Assembly (NCBI RefSeq): GCF_000143415.4
Contig: NW_003314400.1
Coordinates: 186,001 to 250,000 of the forward strand
Source of the DNA: Selaginella moellendorffii
Taxonomy: Eukaryota; Plantae; Lycopodiophyta
Reading direction: 5' to 3'
DNA length: 64,000 nucleotides
Under the pieces are notes generated by a model. It saw only the letters and a list, made by a program, of their open reading frames with translations, had not been told where the DNA came from and searched no databases. The position numbers were made by a program, and so were the translations under genes. This document shows, piece after piece, positions 1 through 11,829 of the stretch (the first letter of the stretch is position 1; each line of letters opens with the position of its first letter).

Positions 1-249
1 TTTCATGGTACGCTAGGAAGGGGGTTTGCTGCTACTGGCCCCAAAGGAATTCTGACACAGCAGCAGCAGCGAAATGGCCGCAGACCATCAGGACTTCGTC
101 ATCGGATTCATTTCCATAAATCCTGCTGCATGGCCTCCAAGCTGCCAATCTCGGAGTGCTCTCCCGAGGACGTTTACAATGGGCGAGATGAAAAGAGGCA
201 CCGCGTCGGAGAAGTACCAACGTACCAGCAGTTTATCTTGTGCTCCCAC

Positions 250-1390
250 TCAGAGCACACGAAAAAACCCGTTCTTTACCGCTGGCCATTTACTCCCCCT
301 TTGATAGACCGTCTCTTGGCCATTTTGATAATGCGGGGCCTCGTCCATCTGTGCTGCTGCTGCTGCTGCTGCTGCTTGGGATTTCTGGCTGGCTGGATTC
401 GTCGCTGGGGCTCCAGCCTCTGATCTTGTCAAAGATCTTCCAGGCCTTCGTTCAAGCAGTATGCCATGTGCCGGATATATGTGAACTCTATCTCGTTCCT
501 CTTCCTTGATATCCAAATGGTTCTCTCGTCCTCTCTCTCTTTCTAAAATGCCGGTTTTTCAGGACCCGGATGCTCGTCGCTCGGAGGTGGTGCATTCACG
601 GAGCTCGGCCCTTTCTATCCCGACTCCAAATCGGATGGCCTGGTGCAGGAACTGGTCGGAGAAATTCTCTGGGTTCCTGTGCTTGTTTACGTCGATACTC
701 GCCTCAGCTTCAATTATCCGGTTCTCCGATGGCTGAAAAGCTCTCCAAGTTAGAACCATCAATGATCGGACTCAAAAAACATACGAACTTACCCGGAAGG
801 GATTCCAAATCTTCGGCCCAACATCGTTCGGCTTGCCGAAACACACGCCCTAGTAACCGGGAGAAATCCCAGCATCACAAACTTGCTCTTCCGGAGAAGA
901 TGTTTCCAGTGCAAGAGGAACCACATTGTCCTCCACCGGAGGAGTTTCCATTTTATCTTCCAGAGGTTCTTGCACCATAGCAGCGGCAGAGCTGCTGTTC
1001 TTGATGTGTGTGGAAGTCAGCAAGTTCTTCATGGCAGCAGCGTGCTGCTGCTTCATCGACGACGAGAGCCCGATCAAAAAGTACTGCTTCTCCTTGGACG
1101 GCGGCGACATACACCCCTGCTTGATCGGCGTGGAAACGCCGTGCCCCAGATCGAATGCGTTGCGGATCAAAGGCGTGTTGCTCACTGGCTGCCTGGCTAG
1201 CTGCCGCAGAGAGTTGAGAAATCTGCCCCCTCTCATCTTGAGGCGCTCGGCGAAGATCAGTACTCCCAGACGATCTGGCAAGAATCACTCACCAGCAGCC
1301 GAGCGGCATCGCCAGCGCCATCGCGGCCTCGCTCGCCATAGCCTGGCCGTTACGCGGCACAGAAAGATTGGTCCAGGGGCGGCGAGTGTG
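250..1390 (-). pseudogene. Degraded coding fragment(s) of unidentified gene
   Basis: Coding-like minus-strand frames (850..1281, 559..762, 250..516) and a short GTAAGT..CAG intron near 740-795. Broken by stops; no family recognised. Confidence 0.3.
351..375. repeat. (CTG)n microsatellite
   Basis: About eight consecutive ctg/tgc units seen directly. Confidence 0.9.
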
Positions 1391-1418
1391 TAGAGGATGA
1401 AGTTTGGATGAAATGCAG

Positions 1419-1912
1419 AGGATTTTGGAGGATCGAGGCCTCAAGCTGCGCCCAGCAAAGAGAAATGCCAGTGGCCTTTTGTTTTTCTTCATTGCTCTCA
1501 GACAGAATGTTATTTTCTGGAAGACGATGAAAGAGGCATGATCTCGTTCGATCTTTGCTGGTTTCCAGCACGGATTCCGAGCTCGAGAAAATGGTTTTGG
1601 AAAGGCTGGATGAATTTGGCACTGATGAAAGCAATGTAGGCAACTTCGCCGCTCCGTGCGAGAGGAACGAACGCAGAGAAATCTTTGTCTGAATGGGCAA
1701 AGGATAGAGGAGTCAAAAGCAACATTGGCATAGCTGGTGAGTCTGGGTATATTTTTCTATGACGATCTTAAAAGCTTTGTGACAAAACAGATTTTGAAGG
1801 ATATGGTAGAGGAGGGGCTGCAGCCTGCAGCGTGCGATTTAAAAGCTGGAGATCTCGTCCTTGAGATTCCCAGCGAGATTATTATCTCTGAAACTGTCAC
1901 GCTGGAGTCGGA
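1419..1912 (+). pseudogene. Rubisco-LSMT/SETD3-like SET-domain gene fragment
   Basis: Exons read SLSEWAKDRGVKSNIGIA | DFEGYGRGGAAACDLKAGDLVLEIPSEIIISE after removing a 7-bp duplication. This matches the N-terminal GRG..A..D...GD..L.IP SET signature. Intron at ~1737-1789. Confidence 0.7.
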
Positions 1913-1924
1913 TTTCTGTTCGAT

Positions 1925-2880
1925 TGCTGTTTACACGGATCGAGTAAAGTGACTTGCGTCACCGTTGCATTTTTCTGCCTCGTTCTTGCTTGCTCTGGTG
2001 AGAAAGATGTTCCAGAAGGAATTGCCACTCACAGACTGATCGAAGAGAGCGAGCTTGCTTCCAACGAACCCTTGTGCCACTCGCTCCTGAACACCGAGCT
2101 TGGGAGACTAGAGGGCGTTCGGGAAATTTTTGAAAAGATGGCGAGCAAGAACGTGATCTCCTGGATGTCCATCGTCTCGGCTCACGCCCAAGCAGTGGAG
2201 ATGACTCTGTCGCTCTTCGTGAGAATGCAGCTGGATGGCCTCACTGCACACAGATCGAGTGCTCTCACTGCCTGCTCGAGCATTCCAGCTCCAGTGCAAG
2301 GCAAGCTCCTCTACCAGGAACTTCTGGAGAGCGGTGGCCTGGAAGACGATGCAGTGCTCACGACCGCATTGCTCGACATGTACGCCAGCTACGGGGGCCT
2401 CGAGAGGTTGTTCCGGGACATGGTTTTCAAGGACGAAGTCACGTGGACTGCGATGATCGCTGGATATGTGCGCAACGATCTAGAAAGCCGTGGAGCTCTT
2501 CCGGGAGATGCTGGCAAACGGCTTGAGCCCCGGGGCCGTGACGTTTGTGCACTTGTTCTCGGCGGAGTCGCGCTGGTACCTTTATATGTTGCTCGAGAAC
2601 TACAAGCTGGTGCACGAGCTGGATCACCAGGTCTGTGATTGTTCGGCTTGCTGGAACGTCTCAACAGGGCCGATGAGCTGATCCAAACCGGGCCTGGAGG
2701 ACGCTGCTTTCGGCTTGCAAGACGCACAACAAGAAGGATCGAGCGGACCGAGCGGCAAAGAAGAATGACAGCAAGCTCGATCCGGGATGTCGCTCTCATC
2801 CTCTCCAACTTAAACGCCGATGCTGGGGAATGCAAAGGCGGAAGAAGCAACAGCCGCAGGGCCAGCTCCTCGTTGCTATG
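1925..2880 (+). pseudogene. PLS-class PPR fragment (module A, copy 1)
   Basis: IFEKMASKNVISWMSIVSAHAQ, TALLDMYASYG, VTWTAMIAGY and LLERLNRADELI motifs, with frameshifts and deletions. Confidence 0.85.
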
Positions 2881-3129
2881 ATCCTCCAAGCCAGGAAACA
2901 CGTAGTGAGCGCAGGACTACACAAGTTGTGGCGAGAGGGAGGGAGTTGGGATCACGGAGACCAGCAAGCTCGGCTGTCGCGGGGTGATGATGATAGAATA
3001 GTTCCACGCAAGACAAGGGTGGAGCTCGATTGTTGGGACGATTACTACAAGCTGAGGCAGCGAGCTCTGAGGAACAAGAGCTCCTCCTCGTCTCACTGCT
3101 CGCTGGTGAGCCAGAGAAGCTCAGCGAAG

Positions 3130-3815
3130 TCTGGAGCAACTAAGCCTTCGGTTTTGGTCGTATTCCTTTGAGACAGTGGTTTGTTGTCAGAAAATGGCAA
3201 CATCCACAAACCGGAACTGAAAGTTCTAAGCATGATTCGAGCTGCACCCTATCAAAACGAAGTAAAAGTCAATGACGTTGCAAAGTCCCAACAGCTTTAA
3301 CGAACCTCTGAAATTGGTAATCCAAACGTCACCCTAGAAAGAACGCCTTTCAGAGCATCTGGAGCTCCTAGAAAAGGAGCACCTGCAAGAGATAGCATTG
3401 CTGGTAAGAAGGTTAACAATCCGCCAATCTCACCTAGAGCATGATACGTGAAAATGTGATCGTCGATCCAAGTGGTGTACAGTTTGGGCGGTACTTCTTG
3501 TTTCAACCATTCCAGAAAATATCTGAACACATTATTCCCAAGAGAATGCGCGAAAACGAGGGCCGTCACTCGTTTTCGCGCATACTCTTGGCCCCCCTCG
3601 CAGCTTCGGAAGCGTCTCGAAAGTTAGCCTGGAATTAGAGATTAGAAAAACAAGAGGTGATTTTGAGAAGGCAAAACCTCAGCCTGTGGAAGTACAGACC
3701 TCGTTCGAGGAGAACTGGACCCGCCAATCTCCAGTCGTAGGGTGCATCAACGCCGAACTCTACACACCAAGAAACCCACTCCTTCCATACAGAAGACAAT
3801 GGTCCTGTGATATCC
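3130..3815 (-). pseudogene. PSAT1: Phospholipid:sterol acyltransferase (LCAT family) fragment, copy 1
   Basis: GPLSSVWKEWVSWCVEFG..PYDWRL, VFAHSLGNNVFRYFLEWL and GAPFLGAPDALKGVLS.VTFGLPISEG, with introns retained. Truncated at both ends. Confidence 0.85.
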
Positions 3816-4444
3816 TGATTAACAAAACGAATAGAGAAAAAAATGGATACCTGTGAAATATCGGAAAATTTTTTCAAACGAAACTCACCAGAGCTACTTG
3901 TTTATGCTGTTGTCTCAGCTCCTAGACCATGATCCTCAAAGGTTTGAAACCCAACTTCCTTTCCCGATCCTGCTGGTGCAAAGCTCTGTTCGAGATCGCA
4001 GCTGTCAGTGCTCTGAAAGATCCTGAAAAAAACTAAAAATCCAGTGAGCTGAAATCAAGGGGCGAGAAGGGACAATACCATGATCTCGTGCAGCCATTTA
4101 TCAATCCCTGAGTGCCAGAGATCTGTTGCAGATGTCATTCTAGGACCTTGCAAAAAGGAGTTCTTCTTTGTCATAGCATCAGAGGGGTAAAAAACGCAAA
4201 AGAAGCTATAGTCGAAGCTTCTCGACGGCTGAAACTTCCCACGTCCAAAACACGGAAAGATTAGCAAAAACAGTCAAAATGAATCAAGCAGAAGCTCACT
4301 GTTTGCCAAGTGATTCTTCCCGTGTTTAATTCTGGCGGAACTTGTTGAAGTGACACTTGACAGAAATTCTCGTTAAAAGAAACTGCAAACTTTCCTCACA
4401 CGATGCTCACTGTTTTGTCCCCACTACTTATTTAATGGGGGTGA

Positions 4445-4670
4445 GCTGCGTTGCTGCCTCAGCTCCTGGATCATGATCTTGGCGTCGTCGGTGTTGCTTT
4501 CCTCGCTGGCGCCTCAAAGTCAACGTTGAAGGTGACTAGGTTTGGCTTGAATCCCTTCTCCAGCATCTCTCTGCAGCAGCTGAAATCCCAGCTTCCCTTT
4601 CCCGAGCTTGCAAATCGTGCTGATCAGAGCTACGTACGAGATCGCATCCACCAGTCCAGCAGCCATCGGA
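4445..4670 (-). pseudogene. P-class PPR C-terminal fragment
   Basis: VDAISYVALISTICKLGK..LGFQLL..MLEKGFKPNLVTFN with a frameshift. A more decayed paralogous piece lies at ~3900-4010. Confidence 0.65.
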
Positions 4671-5289
4671 TGAGGGGCCGATTTATAATCTGAAAATAGA
4701 AAACAATTAACCATATAAATAGATGATTCATTGATCTTCATTCCTCTGAAATCTCTGCGGTTTCCTAAAAGGGACGTGTCAATCAATGGCTGACAACGAC
4801 TCAAAAAAGATGTGAGTTACCCTAAACAGGCTTGGGTAATGGAAGATAGAAAGTAAAAGCATAAAAGATAAAAGTTTTGCTGCCCAATGATGAAATCTAA
4901 GTTAACCAAAAGCGTGGCTTTCCAATTTAGGATAAACTTGGATGTTAAGAAATTACTAATTTCTACATTCAAAAATATTATAATATGCAAAAGCCATATT
5001 TTATATTTTATGTAAATTAATTTATATATAACTAAGAAATAATGCAATACTAATATACTTAAAAGTCTCTCAAAAAAAGATGATTGCAGTGATCATATCC
5101 ATGCTGAACTGAAGAGCATTACTACCTCAGTGTTAATTATAAATGGAAAAATTATTGTGACAAGCCACACGGAAAGTTCGATGAAGAGAAAAGCGCGAAA
5201 ACCCAGCCGTTCGATGGACCTTTGCCATAGAACCTACGGCTGGCATTCATTTGTTTCGCGCTCGAATAAAAATCACATAGCCTTGATAA

Positions 5290-5850
5290 AGACCGTAGAG
5301 TTATCTACGCTCACCTCCCACTTAAATGCCTAGCCAGAGTGATTTCCACGTTGTCCGTCCCAAGTTCATCACGGGACACATTCTTTTCCCGGATCCATAG
5401 AAGCTCAAAGTGCTTGCCATACCTCTCAGGATTAAAAATCCCTGCAGACTCACCCCACCACCTTGGATCTCGAGCGATCGACCAGATGTTAATCAGCACT
5501 CTTGTTTTCGCAGGGATGGTGAAGCCGTTTACCTCGCAGTCTTGGTGTGATTCGTGGGGAGCCATTAGAGGAGCCGGCGGATGTCTCCTTGACTGCGGCT
5601 TTGAGCTATTTTAGTTTGGAAAGATCATCTTCATTTACTTCTCTACCGGATTTTTATGAGCTCCGAGAGTGCCCACTCTGTGCTAATGGCCGCTGAGTCA
5701 GGTCCTCCGGTAAGTACGTCCTGGAATACAGCCGTTTTACGATGGCTTATCGACAGACTCTTTCCTTCTTGCCCTCTGCGATGTGGATGCTGCATACCTT
5801 GATCGCTCCTTCCATCTTTCAGCGCTCCGGACCGATATTCTTACCTTAAA
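5290..5850 (-). pseudogene. Cytochrome P450 (CYP71-clan-like) C-terminal fragment
   Basis: I-helix-like DVLTGGPDSAAISTEWALSELI and [48 protein letters not shown]. The heme motif region is frameshifted. Confidence 0.85.
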
Positions 5851-5949
5851 CCGCACAAGATTAGTGGGAATCTACGTTGTTTAAGCTAACCCAGCCTTTA
5901 CTTTAGTGCACATATAAATAAGATCAAGTCCTTTAGGGTCATACGAGCT

Positions 5950-6711
5950 ATGGCGAGAGGAAGCAAGAGAAGTAGAGAAGACGATGGTATCATGGTGCTG
6001 ACAAAGAAGCGTCGACTGAGAAGCGAGAGGGCTTGCAAGCTCACGGCCGAGGAGGTGAGGGATCAAAACTTGTACGGCGTGTGGGAGCACCACGACCTTC
6101 CGGACAACGTGTACCAGTGCCCAAGGTGCCAATCTTACAACACGCGGTTCGATTACTACAACAACGAGAAGAGTACTGGCAAGCGTGACCAGCCGCGCTA
6201 CGCTTGTAGGTCGTGCAAGGGAAAATGGACACAAGGTGGCAAGGTAAGGGCCGTATCGCTATCGCCCAACGGTGGAAATAAGAGAACTTTAAAGAGCCAT
6301 GGGGGAGACAAGATCACTCCAGTCGTCCAGGAAGAATTTGTAAGCGAATCATCTCAAGTTATGGGTGATTGTGTTGCGGGTTTTGATCAAACTACTTTTT
6401 GGGAGCAAGGTCATGGTCTGGGTGATTGTGCCCAACCTTTATCTCACGAGGCCTTTGATCAAAACAGTTGTTGGGAGCTTCTGCCAGCCTTGGGTCAAGG
6501 ACCTGTTGGTGATTGTGTGCAAGAAGTGTTTGCTCAAGCTAGCGAGCTTGGCGATGGAGTGTTTGCTGATCAAGTTAGTCAGGAGTTTGTTGGTGGGGTT
6601 CAAGGTGGAGATGTGCAAACCAATTGCTGGGGGCAACCTCAAGAATTCAACGATGTGTTTCTTGATATTGAGGGATTTCTGGCAGACCTGCCAGAAATAC
6701 AGACTTGCTGA
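5950..6711 (+). CDS. Divergent Dof-type C2C2 zinc-finger protein (253 aa, intronless)
   Basis: CPRCQSYNTRFDYYNN..QPRYACRSCKGKWTQGGKVRAV matches the Dof consensus. Basic NLS-like N-terminus (KKRRLR), acidic C-terminus, and a TATA-like tataaata ~30 bp upstream. Confidence 0.8.
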   Translation: MARGSKRSREDDGIMVLTKKRRLRSERACKLTAEEVRDQNLYGVWEHHDLPDNVYQCPRCQSYNTRFDYYNNEKSTGKRDQPRYACRSCKGKWTQGGKVRAVSLSPNGGNKRTLKSHGGDKITPVVQEEFVSESSQVMGDCVAGFDQTTFWEQGHGLGDCAQPLSHEAFDQNSCWELLPALGQGPVGDCVQEVFAQASELGDGVFADQVSQEFVGGVQGGDVQTNCWGQPQEFNDVFLDIEGFLADLPEIQTC

Positions 6712-6883
6712 TTGATGGAAATTTTTGTCAAAAGAATTTATAGTTGGATCCCAGGGTTTCCAGATTTGTTTGATGAATAGAAGCCTACATAGTATTATAT
6801 TTCAATCTGTATGTCAAATATATGAAAAGCCGCAAAGATAAGAAAAAATATATACTTTTTCTTTCTCCTCTTTCTCAAAATAG

Positions 6884-6986
6884 TTAAAGCACAAGCTGTT
6901 GGATTTCTTGGGCAATTTGTCCTATGTGATTCATTTATCATTTTAAAGCACAAGCTCCTGGATTTCTTGGGCGACTTGTCACTATG
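6884..6986. repeat. Imperfect ~42-bp direct repeat (2 copies)
   Basis: taaagcacaagct..tggatttcttgggc.a.ttgtc occurs at ~6884 and ~6944. Confidence 0.75.
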
Positions 6987-7653
6987 CTCTCAATCAGGAA
7001 ATTCCAGTATTCTGCACATTTAATACAATAAAAAGTTTTGCAAAATGTGTTTAATCTGAACTTGATGACTATTTGCAGATTGTTTGATTTATCACTGCTC
7101 TGGAATGGCTGGTGTTATCTGAAGCCTGTTGCTGTTGACAAGGCTCTGCTTCCAGCTACTCAAATGTTGGAATTTGTCACTCAACTCAGTCGATGCCAGC
7201 AGCCTTCAGTGATCAGGTTTTGGAACTTAATGGCATAAAGGCACAAGAGCTGGATAAAGTGATTATACAGGAGTTTGTTGAAGCTTTTGGCAGACAAATG
7301 GTGGTGGAATCACAACTTTCAGCTTTGACATTGCCTACAGACCTGTTCATTCTGCAGTAGTTCAGTGGCCACATTTTTTTATCTGCGGGTATGCATCAGT
7401 GCTGAGCAATGTTCTCCATGAACCTTAGCCCCAATCCATTGGCCATTTTTCAGATTGACAACGGGACCTGTTTTGACTGTTTGTCAGACATATGTACAGA
7501 CATTTGCCATTTACCTTAAACAAACAAAAGAAATTGGTACAAATTTTTTAATTATATCTATCTAAACTCACATTTTTTTCTGGTCTCAAATTCTGGAACA
7601 TAACGATTAAACTATATTTTAGATATTAAACGTCATTCATTACTTCAGCTTCA

Positions 7654-9012
7654 TCACTTGTAGTCACTGAGCACCTGCTTCATAGCGTGAAACTTAGGAC
7701 GGGAGACAGGCATGACAACAGGAAAGCGTCCCTTGAACCAGTCCAGATCTCGACCACCAAACAGCGATTCCTCACGGTAATGCAGAAAGTTGTGCTGGAT
7801 AAGGCTGAAGAGTGCCTCCTTCCGGATGACTTGACGTAGATCGTTGACGCTGCAAACACCACCCTCAGCGTCCGTGAGCCTTTTCAACAGCAACTTGAAC
7901 TCGTCAGGAGTCCACAGAGGCGAGACGCCCTTCAGCCGATCTTCGGCAAAGGGGATCCCCAGCACAGGCCTCGTCCATTTCTGCGGAAGGTTCTCCGGCT
8001 GCATGCCTTCGGCGATCTCTGCCCATGACTTGGCCTGCATGAATCGTCGAGCTTTCTCCCAGGCTGCCTGCATCTCAGCTTCATCGTTTCTGCACCACGA
8101 AAGCTGTCTAGCAATGTGCTTGAGCGAGTTGATCCTCCCACCAAAGTAGTCGTAAATCTCCTTCCACATCCCGGGTGGTACGTCTCGATCTTTCAGCAGC
8201 CCCTTGAAAAACTTGAAGGACTCTTCCTCCGTAAGATCACCCACGACTCCAACCATATACCTGTCTTTACCGAAATGAGCCTCCACCCAAAACTTGAAGA
8301 AGTCCTCCGACGAGCAAAGGATCACGTTAGTGATTCCCATCTGCTTGGTAACCATGATCAGCCAGGCCTGGAGAGTCATCAAGTTCTCCTCTTCTGATTC
8401 ACTAAGGCTCCACTCGTGCAGCCGGTTGGCCTCGTCGATGATCAGAGTGGGATATCCTCCTTGGCCACGAGAAACGAGCCGAGCAAGCGACGTCCACCCT
8501 GCGAACAAGGATTCCAGCGCCTTCAGAAGTTCTTGCATGTCCGTCCCTTCGACCTTCTCAATAGCATCCATCGCCTCGATCAAATCCTTGAAAAGCTGTT
8601 TGATGAAGCCGGCTCCTGCCTCCTCTTCGTCTGCCTCGTCTGCCTCATCCTCCGCCTTACCTGACTCCATGCTAGCCTTCCCCTCTGTAGAGTTCATCAG
8701 CTTCTCCAAGAATTTCCTGGCGGCGGGCACAAAGTTGTACAAAACCTGCGCCTTCAGCTCCCTCCCAAAGCTGGCCGCCGTGTTGAAAGTGCCGGAGCGC
8801 ATGTCAATGTGAAAAGTATGGTTGTCCTGGCGCTCTCGAAACATGAACTCAGCCAGCAGTGCGGACTTGCCTGAATCTGGAGGCCCCGTAACAAGAACCA
8901 TCGATCCATCCCGAGCCGAAACCATATCCCTGAGACCCTTCAGCTCTTCTGATCTGTTGAAGAACACCTGCGACGACAACCTGGACGCCCTCCAGAGATT
9001 CCTCCTCGCCAT
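7654..9012 (-). CDS. P-loop NTPase of ATPase_2/AAA (STAND-like) type with probable organellar presequence (452 aa, intronless)
   Basis: FFNRSEEL start motif, Walker A GPPDSGKS, Walker B PTLIIDEAN, downstream YFGGR motif. Arg/Ser-rich N-terminus MARRNLWRASRLSSQ. First ATG at 9012; TATA and aaaccctaa upstream. Confidence 0.8.
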   Translation of the reverse strand: MARRNLWRASRLSSQVFFNRSEELKGLRDMVSARDGSMVLVTGPPDSGKSALLAEFMFRERQDNHTFHIDMRSGTFNTAASFGRELKAQVLYNFVPAARKFLEKLMNSTEGKASMESGKAEDEADEADEEEAGAGFIKQLFKDLIEAMDAIEKVEGTDMQELLKALESLFAGWTSLARLVSRGQGGYPTLIIDEANRLHEWSLSESEEENLMTLQAWLIMVTKQMGITNVILCSSEDFFKFWVEAHFGKDRYMVGVVGDLTEEESFKFFKGLLKDRDVPPGMWKEIYDYFGGRINSLKHIARQLSWCRNDEAEMQAAWEKARRFMQAKSWAEIAEGMQPENLPQKWTRPVLGIPFAEDRLKGVSPLWTPDEFKLLLKRLTDAEGGVCSVNDLRQVIRKEALFSLIQHNFLHYREESLFGGRDLDWFKGRFPVVMPVSRPKFHAMKQVLSDYK

Positions 9013-10629
9013 CGCCAACGAAAAATCCCAGTTTTAGGGTTTCTAACAGACGGTCGGAAATGCTAAAAGCCATTTATATCCGACCTTTCCCCTTGTATAT
9101 TCAGAAACAATTTATTCTTCATGTTTTTTCTCGTCTAGAATTCACGCCTAGAAACTCGCAAATAAATCTAATTTGCCTCTAAAGCTGATTGAATTGCCCC
9201 CGCAGCCTTGGACAAATTCGCAACTTTGTCCATGTAGCTAATTCAGTTGTATACCAGAATAAAATTAATTTAATTTAATTATAACCAGGTTAGCTAAATA
9301 ACATGTAGTAATAATTTGGATGTAAACAATATCTTGAATATAATAATAATTTTATTGACAATTAGAATCAAAATTACGTTTTAGGCAACACTTTCTTTTT
9401 CATTTGGGTTTTTAGTGTCTTTCACTTTCCTTTCAGCTACTCTGTTGGGATTTATAGGAAATCTTTTTCAAATATGCATATGGTGAGTTTTATTTATGTT
9501 TTTAAAAAGGTTTTTGGTTTTAAAATCAGAAAAACATATAGGAGCTATTGCAGGGTAAATTGTGATATTATTACTGGTCTTTTTTTATTTTATTTTTCAT
9601 CCTACGTCTTTAGTTTTAAACTTTGCCTATCTCTTTCAACATAGATTTTGTGGTGAGCATCCTCTCTTTATTAAAATTATGAAGCATACGATGACTATTA
9701 GCTCAGATTTATTTGATCAATGACTGAGATTCAATATCTTATCTTTCATAATCAGCTCATATTTTATCTTCCATAATCAGTTCATCCTAATCCAAAGCTA
9801 AGTAAACAACCATATTGATATTTTGAAGTTTTTCTATTTTATTTTGCTAACAACACTAAATTGATGAAGTTATTGAATATTGATTTTGAATATTTTCAGG
9901 TCTGGAGTTTCTCCTGTACGAGATCTCTCTTCCACTATTTCCGTCACCTGCAGTATTTTTTAGGTTTAAAGTTGAAGAATTATTATGAGGATATTGTTTT
10001 CAGTTACCATCACCACCAATTTATTATCGCCACGTCTTTTTACATCTACGAAGCTTATCTTTTGATAGCAGCATCATGCTTCTTATCTTTTGGCATTACT
10101 TTTAATTCTAATGTTTTAATCTCAGCAGTTTCCTCTTGACTTTATATGTTTTTGATTTTTTTAATCAAGCACTTTTCTGAGTCGGAGGCCCAAGTTAAAT
10201 TCGAATTTGTTTGTGTCTAAACAAAAACCATGCACGAATTGTTTCCTCCTCGACTTTTGTTTTGTGCTCATTGAGCTATATGCTTTAAATGCTGTATTTA
10301 AATTCCTAGCTGAGATATCAGTATAATCCAACTCACTCTACCAACTGCTGTTTCATTCAAGTTGAAAGAAGTAACATTTTTCCTGTACAAAGTGGTTGAT
10401 TGTTCATCTTGCTTTGTGAGGAGCCAATTCTGTGTATTCTTAATGAGGCAATTTGCATCATGGCACTGAAATTTCCAATCTGATAGCGTTCAGCTACAAG
10501 AGCTGCACTTCCTAAACTCTACCCAAAAGACTTTAATAGGCTGGTAGTGAGGTTTTAGTAGTAATTATTAGTTTTGCCAGGTGGCATAAAATTGCCATGT
10601 CATAAGTAGTTATATCTACTTGGAACATC

Positions 10630-11490
10630 TTAACAAGATCTACGATTCCGTTGTAACACCAATCACGTTCCCTGCTTTAACACACGCTCGTGGACACTCT
10701 GGTCACACACGAACTTTAACAACTTATCGTGTGATACTACATCCTCACATTACATGCATCCTATGTTATGCATTTATTTATTCTCCACTTAACCACTAGG
10801 AAAAGAACCAATTAGTTATGAGAATTCCCTCTGTGTTGTACAAGATATATGATTCCATAGTATTGAATGCAAACGATACTGTTGGCCCAATGTACATAGA
10901 CACACAGAGGCATTGATGCGTAGGTAAATTGTTTTCTTTTCCTCGGGATTTCTTCTTGGCGTTTTGTTGATCTAATTCAAGTTCTGAGACTGTAACGCAC
11001 TTATTTATTCTCCCCTTAACCATCAGGGAAAAGGACCAATTGGTTATAAGAATTCCCTCTGTGCTACACAAGATCTACGATTTTGTAACATCCACCACGA
11101 CACTCTGGTCACACACGAATCACGTGATTCGTGTGTGACCAGAATCATGTCCCTTGACATCCTATCGTGTAGACTATGTGCCCATACACATTCCATGCAT
11201 GCCCATGTATCATGGTGGGGTAAGCCATGTATACATCTCACACTCAGTGTATGACTATTGCATATCGGGGGCTGAAGCCAGCGGACTTCCGGAGGTGTGT
11301 GGAGCCCATCACCGCTCCCATACTCCCATCAGGAAAAGGGCCAATTGGTTATGAGAATTCCCTCTGTACGGCATAAGATCTACAATTCCGATGTAACATC
11401 CACCACGATTCCCTGCAGGATGAGAATTTCCTGTGCCTGATGGTTAAGGCCAATTGGCTATGAGAATTCCCTCTGTGTTGTGTTGCCGAT
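10630..11490. repeat. Cluster of degenerate ~60-90 bp repeats with core CCAATTGGTTATGAGAATTCCCTCTGT
   Basis: Copies at ~10791, ~11018, ~11326 and ~11448, plus a partial copy at ~10633. Spacing is irregular. Confidence 0.8.
11104..11143. repeat. Perfect 40-bp palindrome
   Basis: tctggtcacacacgaatcac|gtgattcgtgtgtgaccaga. Confidence 0.95.
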
Positions 11491-11829
11491 TCCGACCTAA
11501 CAGAGACTTTTGGACGAACTTAACTATTGTAAATTTATATAACTACTGTATTTAAAAATTCATTAATCAAAAATGTATTTCAGTAATTGCAGGCAGCAAT
11601 AAAGGGAAACGTTTTTTTATATGAGGTAACATTTCCTTTTATATGCACAATTTCAGAAAGAACATGATACTAAAAAGCACAATGCAAAAAATACAAAGTG
11701 ATTAGGGACCAAAAATGGATAACACCCCTGCATGTTCTTTACCTGAAAGTACGTTAGGAAATAACATTCAAGCCCCATTTGGCACCCCTAACGTTGGAGT
11801 CGCATGCATTCTCCTATTACTCTCAAAGT

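Noticed and set aside
430-860. Small heat-shock protein (WNPFR, DIKEEE motifs)
   Set aside because: No alpha-crystallin domain follows; motifs too short to support the call.
10630-11490. CRISPR array
   Set aside because: Eukaryotic context, no cas genes, long degenerate repeats, and irregular spacers that are partly homologous to each other.
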